A stretch of DNA of 32,000 nt from Nostoc sp. PCC 7120 = FACHB-418 (lineage in GTDB: Bacteria > Cyanobacteriota > Cyanobacteriia > Cyanobacteriales > Nostocaceae). The DNA lies in contig NC_003272.1 of assembly GCF_000009705.1 (NCBI RefSeq), forward strand, positions 5,520,001 through 5,552,000. Reading direction: 5' to 3'. Within the stretch, counting starts at the first letter, position 1. Every line of letters starts with the position of its first letter. This document shows positions 25,612 through 32,000 of this stretch, piece after piece. The notes under the pieces were generated by a model that did not search any database, was not told where the DNA came from, and saw only the letters and a list, made by a program, of their open reading frames with translations. A program made the translations under genes and the position numbers.

Positions 25612-26148
25612 ATGTTAACTTCAACAGATTTCAGTGGCTTATTAAATGAAAGGTTCTTTCGTAATTTCCTGCCTATTCCCGCTAGTAACGAATTAAGACT
25701 AGATGTAGGAACACCAGACTTTCAATTACCAGATATTACTAATGGAACGTTAGTTAAACTATCAAATTACCGAGGCAAACAGCCCATATTACTGGCATTT
25801 ACGCGAATTTTCACAGAAAAGCAATATTGCCCCTTTTGCTTTCCTCATATCAAAGCTTTAAATGAGAACTACGAACAATTTACTAATCGGGGGATAGAAG
25901 TTCTATTAGTTACGAGTACTGACGAAAAGCAAAGTCAAATAGTTGTTAAAGATTTAGGCTTAAAAATGCCTTTACTTAGTGATCCAAGTTGTCGGGCATT
26001 TCGTACCTATCAAGTAGGGCAAGCCTTGGGAGCGCCTTTACCAGCCCAATTTGTCTTAGATAAAGATGGTAGATTGCGTTACAAGCATTTATTTTCGTTT
26101 TTTGATCACAATGCTAGCGTCGAAAAGTTGTTAGGAAAATTTGATTAA
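25612..26148 (+). CDS. AhpC/TSA-redoxin-fold protein with CPFC (CxxC) active-site motif
   Basis: I prefer ATG 25612 (MLTSTDFSGLLNE...). The thioredoxin-fold pattern is DITNGTLVKLSNYRGKQPILLAFTRIF...YCPFCFPHI and QFVLDKDGRLRY. It is not a canonical PxxxTxxC peroxiredoxin site. Confidence 0.7.
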   Translation: MLTSTDFSGLLNERFFRNFLPIPASNELRLDVGTPDFQLPDITNGTLVKLSNYRGKQPILLAFTRIFTEKQYCPFCFPHIKALNENYEQFTNRGIEVLLVTSTDEKQSQIVVKDLGLKMPLLSDPSCRAFRTYQVGQALGAPLPAQFVLDKDGRLRYKHLFSFFDHNASVEKLLGKFD

Positions 26149-26150
26149 AA

Positions 26151-26212
26151 TTGGTAATGGGTAATTGGGCATTGGTAATGGGACAAACAATTACCTATTA
26201 CCCATTACCAAC
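26151..26212. repeat. Heptamer-repeat (TGGTAAT/GGGTAAT) inverted repeat forming a long imperfect hairpin between convergent genes
   Basis: TTGGTAATGGGTAAT (26151-65) is the exact complement of ATTACCCATTACCAA (26197-211). The inner units GGGCATTGGTAATGGG / TTACCTATT pair partially. Confidence 0.5.
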
Positions 26213-26252
26213 CAAATCAACTATATAGTTAAATAAGCAGCCGAATTGGATA

Positions 26253-27254
26253 TTACAACTTCACTTGTTGTAAATGACTCCGGGGATTGTAACTGCGGAT
26301 AGCCCGGATTTTTTCATAGTATTCTCGCTCTTGTTGGCTCATATCTTTTGGTGGCACAATAGCCACTTTGACAAACTGATCTCCTCGTCCGCCTTTGGCT
26401 ATAGGCCAGCCCTTACCCCGTAAACGGAGAGATTGACCAGAACGCACACCAGCAGGTAGTTTAACGTTCACAGAACCATCGGGTGTAGGTACATCAATGG
26501 AGGCTCCCAGCGCCGCTTCATCGGGAGTAATAGGAATTTCGCAGGCTAAGTTATCCCCTTCAATTTGGAAGAATGAGTGGGGCTGAAATTCTACTTTTAA
26601 ATATAGGTCACCTCTTTGTTGTGTCATGGGGTTAAATTGACCCTTACCTCTTACCCGTAAGCGAGTACCAGGTTTAGTACCAGCCGGAATCCGCACATCA
26701 ATAGTTTCGTTACCTAAATTAAAGCGCTTTTGAACTCCAGCAAAAGCTTCAGCAAAAGTTAGGCTGATGGTAGCTTCGGCATCTTGACCACCGCCTGCTG
26801 CGCCTACATCTTGAAATCCAAAGTCGTTGAAGCCACCAAAACCACCCCCTGGTCTACCACCAGGAGTGCGATAAGAGTAACTTTGTCGCCCACCACGAGG
26901 TGCAGCACCACCAAAGCGTCCTAACAACTCATTAATAAACTCATCAAAATTGCCGTATTGGCTGAAGTCCACTCCACCCATATCGACACCAGCGCCACCT
27001 CCAGGGAAGCCTTCGCCAACTTGTCGCCAATATTGCCCAAATTGATCGTATTTTTTCCGTTTGTCGGCATCTGATAAAACTTCGTAGGCTTCGTTAACTT
27101 CCTTGAAGCTTGCTTCCGCCTGTTTATTACCAGGATTGACATCAGGGTGATATTTGCGGGCTAACTTGCGAAAAGCTTGTTTAATTTCCTCTGGAGTGGC
27201 AGTTTTACTAACTCCCAAAATCGCGTAATAGTCTTTGAAGTCGGTTGCAGCCAT
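26253..27254 (-). CDS. Class II DnaJ/CbpA-like co-chaperone (J domain + G/F region + DnaJ C-terminal domains, no zinc-finger)
   Basis: GGAGG RBS. The J domain is [35 protein letters not shown]. The Gly-rich linker and two beta-rich CTD repeats are present. No CxxCxGxG motifs. Confidence 0.85.
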   Translation of the reverse strand: MAATDFKDYYAILGVSKTATPEEIKQAFRKLARKYHPDVNPGNKQAEASFKEVNEAYEVLSDADKRKKYDQFGQYWRQVGEGFPGGGAGVDMGGVDFSQYGNFDEFINELLGRFGGAAPRGGRQSYSYRTPGGRPGGGFGGFNDFGFQDVGAAGGGQDAEATISLTFAEAFAGVQKRFNLGNETIDVRIPAGTKPGTRLRVRGKGQFNPMTQQRGDLYLKVEFQPHSFFQIEGDNLACEIPITPDEAALGASIDVPTPDGSVNVKLPAGVRSGQSLRLRGKGWPIAKGGRGDQFVKVAIVPPKDMSQQEREYYEKIRAIRSYNPRSHLQQVKL

Positions 27255-27374
27255 CTACCAGCCTCCTGTAGAAATTTCTTTAAGTTTTCTTCTAAGATTT
27301 GAAGTTGAGAATTTGCTAGGTCTAATGCCAAGCCATAAATATTCTGATTTTAAATTAACAAATAATAAAGAAAA

Positions 27375-27947
27375 TCAAGTGTGGTTCCCGCTCACTGGGT
27401 CAGGGCAATTTCCGTACTTATCGATGGAGAGAATGGGGAGTAGGGAGTTATGAATGGGGGAAAAGATATTTTCATAGACAATTAGGTGTTCTAGTCCTTC
27501 TTCTAGGATGGGGGGTGCATCGCGGAGTTGACGGTGCATTCGTAAGATGACATCTTCGGGGACTTGGCGTGGGCGTTTTTTGTTGCGTGCTAGACATAAC
27601 CAGACGGGTGTTTTGATCCAAACTCCTGTAATGTCGGTAAAACCTAATTCACTGGCTAGGGTAATGAGTTCACGACGATGGCGGCGTTGGGCGTTGGTCG
27701 CGTCGAAAAGGGCAATTTTACCTGTAATCACAGTTTGCTGTAATTGCTGCTCTATCTCCCGCCAAATTAGCAGCCATGACCCTTGAATTGCTTCTGAGCC
27801 AAACAGTTGCCCCCTGATGGCATCTGTGGAAATCAGCTGCATCTGGGGGCATTGTGCTACTAATTGTTTTGCCAAGGTTGACTTACCGCTACCAGGAAGA
27901 CCAATCAGTAATATGAGTTTTGTCATTAGTCTAGGGTCAGTAGTCAT
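27375..27947 (-). CDS. P-loop NTPase/kinase of the AAA_33 / polynucleotide-kinase-like type
   Basis: Walker A is LIGLPGSGKSTLAK. There is a DATN-type motif (ALFDATNAQRRHR) and an R-x-x-x-R lid-like segment (NKKRPRQVPEDVI). The ORF is 190 aa. Confidence 0.65.
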   Translation of the reverse strand: MTTDPRLMTKLILLIGLPGSGKSTLAKQLVAQCPQMQLISTDAIRGQLFGSEAIQGSWLLIWREIEQQLQQTVITGKIALFDATNAQRRHRRELITLASELGFTDITGVWIKTPVWLCLARNKKRPRQVPEDVILRMHRQLRDAPPILEEGLEHLIVYENIFSPIHNSLLPILSIDKYGNCPDPVSGNHT

Positions 27948-27968
27948 TAGTCAAAGTTGAAATTCTTA

Positions 27969-27992
27969 ACTGTTGACTGTTGACTGTTGACT
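27969..27992. repeat. STRR3-type heptamer array (ACTGTTG x3.4; complement CAACAGT)
   Basis: ACTGTTG occurs at 27969, 27976 and 27983, then ACT. The last unit overlaps the glgC stop codon (27991-93). STRR3 = CAACAGT is a described repeat family of heterocystous cyanobacteria. Confidence 0.7.
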
Positions 27993-29280
27993 AAATGATT
28001 GTGCCATCTGTAATAACGGCATTTTTGAGGACGACGACAATGCCACTGCGGATGTAAAATCCTTGACTTTCGCGGTCGGCTTCTTGCACGTTGTCTTTAT
28101 TGATAATTTTGACATCGTGACCGATGCGGGCATTTTTATCGATGATGGCACGGCGAATGATTGTATCTGGACCGATGCCTACAGGGATGTCTCCTTTATC
28201 GATGCTGCACTGGCGTTCCACTGAAGCTTGGTAGAAGTCGGCACCCATGAGTAAAGATTCTTCGATCATGCAGCCAGTTTCAATACGCGATCGCACTCCC
28301 AATACTGAGTGTTGAATGCGACAGTTTTTCAGAATACAGCCTTCGCCAATGATTGATTCTGTAACGTGGCAATCTAATAGTTTTGTGGGTGGTAAGTAAC
28401 GAGCGCGGGTATAAATAGGTGCTTCTTCATCGTAGAAGCTAAAGGGCGGCATGGGCTGCTGAGTTAACGCTAAATTGGCGTTATAAAAAGCTTCGATTGT
28501 CCCAATATCTTCCCAGTAGTCATCGAATAGGTAAGCTTGAACGTTGTGATCTTTGGCGGCATCAGGAATAATTTCTTTGCCGAAATCAGTACGTTCTAAA
28601 GCTTCCTTCAACAGCTTGATCAAAACGTCTTTTTTAAATACGTAAATCCCCATCGAGGCAATGTAAGGCTGTGATGCCGCCTGTTCTGGTGTCAAGCCTA
28701 AAACCGTGGTATCAACACGCATTTTGGTTAAGGCTTCGCCCTTGGGTTTTTCACTGAAATCAATGACTCGTCCAGAGTTATCGATTTTCATTAAACCAAA
28801 ATCCGAGGCGCGGCGATCATCAATGGGAATTACGGAAAGTGTGATATCCGCATTGGTTTCTCGATGGCGCTGGATAAATAGGCGATAGTCCATCCGGTAC
28901 AGGTGATCCCCCGACAGGATCAAAAATTCATCTACGTCCCACTCTTGTAACATCCAGAGATACTGACGTACAGCATCGGCTGTACCTTGGAACCAGTTAG
29001 GGTTCTCTGGTGTCTGCTGGGCGGCCAGCACTTCCACAAAACCCTCGCTAAAACCACTAAAGTTGTAGGTACGGGCAATGTGGCGATTGAGAGAAGCTGA
29101 GTTAAATTGTGTTAATACGTAGATTTTAAAAATTTCCGAATTAATGCAGTTACTGACAGGGATATCTATTAGGCGGTATTTCCCTGCCACTGGTACTGCC
29201 GGTTTAGCGCGGAGTTTGGTTAGTGGGTAAAGGCGAGTACCCGCACCACCACCAAGAATAATTGCTAAGACTTTTTTCAC
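27991..29280 (-). CDS. glgC: Glucose-1-phosphate adenylyltransferase (ADP-glucose pyrophosphorylase)
   Basis: GTG start 7 nt after [54 protein letters not shown] and the C-terminal left-handed beta-helix region are present. The 429 aa match my memory of the Anabaena enzyme. Confidence 0.97.
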   Translation of the reverse strand: MKKVLAIILGGGAGTRLYPLTKLRAKPAVPVAGKYRLIDIPVSNCINSEIFKIYVLTQFNSASLNRHIARTYNFSGFSEGFVEVLAAQQTPENPNWFQGTADAVRQYLWMLQEWDVDEFLILSGDHLYRMDYRLFIQRHRETNADITLSVIPIDDRRASDFGLMKIDNSGRVIDFSEKPKGEALTKMRVDTTVLGLTPEQAASQPYIASMGIYVFKKDVLIKLLKEALERTDFGKEIIPDAAKDHNVQAYLFDDYWEDIGTIEAFYNANLALTQQPMPPFSFYDEEAPIYTRARYLPPTKLLDCHVTESIIGEGCILKNCRIQHSVLGVRSRIETGCMIEESLLMGADFYQASVERQCSIDKGDIPVGIGPDTIIRRAIIDKNARIGHDVKIINKDNVQEADRESQGFYIRSGIVVVLKNAVITDGTII

Positions 29281-29517
29281 AAGATTTCTCCCAACTGCCT
29301 TTCAACTCCCACCTACAGTTTAGGACTGTCTGTGGCAGCTGGTAAGGGGGGATCAAAGATTATCTTGAATGAATTTTAAAAAACCTTACTGGTGACGTAT
29401 CGTGCAGCCATTGATCAGAAAACAATTTCCACTGTATTAATTTGCACTCATGATTAAAAATATTAGATATGTTAATGGTTACAGTATTTTCTTAATCTTG
29501 CCTTAATTTGTGAAATG

Positions 29518-29534
29518 ACTGTTGACTGTTAACA
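29518..29534. repeat. Second STRR3-type patch (ACTGTTG ACTGTTA ACA) in the glgC upstream region
   Basis: Same unit and same orientation as the array at the other end of glgC. Confidence 0.5.
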
Positions 29535-29741
29535 GCCCTCATGATGGATGATGCAACTTAAAAGCAGAATAGCTTATTGGGCGATCGCTATGTTGACTCC
29601 ACCATTGCCTATTAAGGTTGCGATCGTAGTTTAGACAAGAATCTCATCCATACTGTTAAATGTAAATTTTCTATCATAAGTAGGAATCCCAAATAGATAA
29701 TTATTTGTCACGATCGCACCTGAAGGCATAAAAGGGAAATA

Positions 29742-31208
29742 ATGCAAATTCAAACACCAAACTGGGTGAAAAACGCTGTATTCTACCAAATCTTCCCCGA
29801 TCGTTTTGCTAGAAGTAAACAGCCCCACAAGCGCCTGTTGCGTGATGCGCGTTGGGAAGACTGGGATGCGATGCCTACGCTACAAGGATACAAAGGCGGT
29901 GATTTATGGGGCATCATGGAGCAGTTAGACTACATTCAAGACTTAGGCATTGATGCCATTTACTTTACACCCATCTTTCAATCTGCCAGCAATCACCGCT
30001 ATCATACCCACGACTATTATCAAGTAGACCCGATGTTGGGTGGGAATGCCGCTTTTAAGGAATTACTAGACGCATCCCACGAACGCAATATTAAAGTTGT
30101 CCTCGATGGCGTATTTAATCATTCCAGTCGAGGATTTTTCTTTTTCCACGACGTTTTGGAAAATGGCCCTCATTCCCCTTGGGTAAATTGGTTCAAGATT
30201 GAAGGCTGGCCTCTGGCACCATATACAGGTGAGTTGCCGGCAAATTATGTAGGTTGGGCTGATAATCGCGCCTTGCCAGTATTTAATCATGACAACCCAG
30301 AAGTGCGGGAATATATTATGGAAATTGCCGAATATTGGATTAAATTCGGCATCGACGGCTGGCGGTTGGATGTACCATTTGAAATTAAAACTCCTGGCTT
30401 TTGGCAAGAATTCCGCGATCGCGTTAAAGCCATTAACCCCGAAGCTTATATTGTGGGGGAAGTGTGGGGAGATTCCAGCGAGTGGCTAGATGGGACGCAA
30501 TTCGACGGTGTGATGAATTACTTATTTGCCGGGCCGACCATTGCCTTTGCCGCAGGCGATCGCGTAGTCTTAGAACAAGTCCAAAGCCGCGATTATCAAC
30601 CATATCCGCCCCTATTCGCTGCCGAATACGCCACCAAAATTCAGGAAGTACTGCAACTTTACCCTTGGGACATTCAACTTACCCAACTCAACTTATTAGC
30701 GAGTCACGATACAGCCCGACTCCTGACCATTGCTGGCGGTGATCAAGCCAGTATACAATTAGCTACCCTATTACTACTTACCTTTCCTGGCGCGCCAAGT
30801 ATCTACTACGGCGATGAAGTGGGTTTACCAGGAGGTATCGACCCCGATTCTCGGCGGGGCTTTCCTTTAGAAGCTAACTGGGATAGAGAAATTTATCAGA
30901 CCCACCGTCAATTAATAGCCTTACGCCGTACTTACCCAGCCTTACGCACAGGTGACTATCAAGTTATTTGGGCGCAAGGTGCATTGTATATTTTTGCCCG
31001 CACCTTAGGCAAAGAAGAATTAATTATTGCCGTAAATGTAGGTACAGCAACAGCCCAGGCTAATGTAGATGTTGCTAGTTTGCAGACTCAGCCAAATAAA
31101 ATCCTGTACGGTCAAGCAGAATTTCACTGGCACAATACAGAAGAAACAAAACAACTGTTCTTAAGTCTCCCCCCACGTAGTGGCTGCATTCTGGGTTTAG
31201 GGGATTAG
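29742..31208 (+). CDS. GH13 alpha-amylase-family glycoside hydrolase (neopullulanase/cyclomaltodextrinase-like catalytic core)
   Basis: AAGGGAAA RBS. The conserved regions are VLDGVFNHS (I), GIDGWRLDV (II, nucleophile Asp), GEVW (III, Glu) and LLASHDT (IV). The start WVKNAVFYQIFPDRF is typical. Confidence 0.85.
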   Translation: MQIQTPNWVKNAVFYQIFPDRFARSKQPHKRLLRDARWEDWDAMPTLQGYKGGDLWGIMEQLDYIQDLGIDAIYFTPIFQSASNHRYHTHDYYQVDPMLGGNAAFKELLDASHERNIKVVLDGVFNHSSRGFFFFHDVLENGPHSPWVNWFKIEGWPLAPYTGELPANYVGWADNRALPVFNHDNPEVREYIMEIAEYWIKFGIDGWRLDVPFEIKTPGFWQEFRDRVKAINPEAYIVGEVWGDSSEWLDGTQFDGVMNYLFAGPTIAFAAGDRVVLEQVQSRDYQPYPPLFAAEYATKIQEVLQLYPWDIQLTQLNLLASHDTARLLTIAGGDQASIQLATLLLLTFPGAPSIYYGDEVGLPGGIDPDSRRGFPLEANWDREIYQTHRQLIALRRTYPALRTGDYQVIWAQGALYIFARTLGKEELIIAVNVGTATAQANVDVASLQTQPNKILYGQAEFHWHNTEETKQLFLSLPPRSGCILGLGD

Positions 31209-31255
31209 GAATTGGGGACTGGGAACTGGGAATTGGGGATTGGGGACTGGGGGAG
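31200..31255. repeat. STRR1-type heptamer array (about 8 units of GGGGACT/GGGAACT/GGGAATT/GGGGATT; complement of CCCCAGT)
   Basis: GGGGATT AGGAATT GGGGACT GGGAACT GGGAATT GGGGATT GGGGACT GGGGGAG. The array begins inside the last codons of the GH13 gene and continues past its stop. Confidence 0.7.
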
Positions 31256-31374
31256 AAAAAAGATAATCCCCATAAGTGATGTTCTTTTTCTTTCTTTTGC
31301 CTTTTAACTTTTGCCTTATTCGGTAATACCCAACCCTGTTCCCAGAACAAATCCTTTCCGCAGGCTATAAGGAA

Positions 31375-31794
31375 CTATTTGCCCGCCACCATTGCCGGAA
31401 TTAAAACAGCGTCAATAACATGAATCACTCCATTATCGGCAAGAATGTCTGTTTGCAGAACGGTGGCATCATTCACCTTAAATTTACCGTTAGTAGACTC
31501 AATCGCTAAAACAGATCCTTCCACGGTTTCCGCTTCCTCAATTTGCACCAAGTCATCCGACCGGACATCACCAAAGGCTACGTGATATGTGACAATCTTT
31601 TTTAACTTCGGTATGTCTTTGAGCAGTGCTTCTAAAGTTCCCTGCGGTAACTTTGCAAAAGCCTCATCAGTAGGTGCAAACAAAGTAAAAATCCCAGGAC
31701 TATTGAGAGTATCTAAGATTTGTGCAGCTTCAGCCGCCTGCACAAACTTATTGAATTTTCCAGTTTTCACAGCAGTTTCCACAATGTCAGCCAT
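31375..31794 (-). CDS. Fasciclin (FAS1) domain protein
   Basis: 139 aa with FAS1 H1/H2 motifs (TLFAPTDEAFAKLP, VTYHV, NGVIHVIDAVLIP). There is no obvious signal peptide. Confidence 0.85.
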   Translation of the reverse strand: MADIVETAVKTGKFNKFVQAAEAAQILDTLNSPGIFTLFAPTDEAFAKLPQGTLEALLKDIPKLKKIVTYHVAFGDVRSDDLVQIEEAETVEGSVLAIESTNGKFKVNDATVLQTDILADNGVIHVIDAVLIPAMVAGK

Positions 31795-32000
31795 AATATT
31801 TGGTTAATTTATTAACTTCACAATTACAACCAACTTATAAACATACAAAAGCAATCAACCTCTATCGCAAGAAAGGTCATTAGTCATGAGTTAAGAGTCA
31901 GCAGTTCTTCCCCCTGCCCCTGAAGAATCCCTAGTCTTGATCACTACTGCTAAACTAGGGTAGTCCCTAAGAACCCATTACTATGCTCAAGCGTTCTAAA

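Noticed and set aside
26921-27786. ORFs 26921-27142 (-), 27235-27453 (+) and 27547-27786 (+)
   Set aside because: They are out of frame or antisense to the DnaJ and P-loop genes and have no features of their own.
27966-28888. ORFs 27966-28151 (-) and 28706-28888 (+)
   Set aside because: They overlap glgC in other frames or strands. glgC is unambiguous.
29434-29447. NtcA-like site GTA-N8-CAC in the glgC / GH13 divergent promoter region
   Set aside because: The second half-site is CAC rather than the required TAC. I could not pair it with a properly spaced -10 box, and such near-matches are frequent in AT-rich DNA.
29631-30742. ORFs 29631-29828 (-), 30066-30407 (-), 30289-30489 (+) and 30464-30742 (+)
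   Set aside because: They overlap the GH13 gene, which has all four conserved GH13 regions. They are shadow ORFs.
27969-31255. Could the short tandem repeats be CRISPR arrays?
   Set aside because: The units are 7 nt and directly tandem with no spacers, the arrays are 17-56 bp long, and no cas genes are present. These are STRR-type repeats.
31075-31350. 91-aa minus-strand ORF with SPSPQSPIPSSQSPIPNP low-complexity sequence
   Set aside because: It is generated by reading through the STRR1 heptamer array and overlaps the 3' end of the well-supported GH13 gene. It is a repeat artefact, not a gene.
31589-31807. 72-aa plus-strand ORF
   Set aside because: It is antisense to the fasciclin-domain gene.
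31983-32000. ATG CTC AAG CGT TCT AAA at the window edge as a possible gene start
   Set aside because: Only six codons are visible, so nothing can be supported.

Overview
This looks like a chromosomal window from a heterocyst-forming cyanobacterium (Nostocales). The sequence shows many GCGATCGC (HIP1) palindromes (about 25-30 by eye), classic STRR heptamer arrays, and typical cyanobacterial gene products. From memory, the ADP-glucose pyrophosphorylase and 2-Cys peroxiredoxin proteins resemble those of Nostoc/Anabaena sp. PCC 7120 or a close relative; only a BLAST search can confirm that.

I can support about 27 protein-coding genes, one tRNA-Met(CAU), one IS630-family insertion sequence with an abutting MITE-like derivative, several heptamer-repeat arrays, and a few terminator-like hairpins.

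Most of the window is housekeeping:
- Ion transport: NhaP antiporter, DUF389 protein, K+ channel.
- Core metabolism and translation: infC and ilvN.
- Glycogen metabolism (debranching enzyme, glgC, GH13 enzyme) interleaved with redox and chaperone genes (2-Cys Prx, a CPFC redoxin, a class II DnaJ).

The accessory-looking part is about 11.5-16.0 kb. It holds the MITE and IS630, then a visibly AT-rich block with a PEP-CTERM-like secreted protein, a small Cys-motif membrane protein, and a 1.1-kb stretch with no credible ORF.

I found no recognisable defence system, CRISPR array, toxin-antitoxin pair or biosynthetic cluster. The best candidates for something not yet described are:
1. A divergently arranged periplasmic LTXXQ (Spy/CpxP-like) protein and an intramembrane-sensing HisKA_3 kinase with a NarL-type regulator, with ATGAC repeat sites in the shared promoter region. 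This is a Cpx-like layout built from different parts.
2. The AT-rich ORF-free region and its two flanking orphan genes.
3. Unusual domain fusions: a TLC/MFS-like transporter fused to a ~540-aa HEAT-repeat domain, and a Kv-type channel ending in a zinc ribbon.

All functional interpretations are hypotheses from reading the sequence. No searches or folding programs were run.
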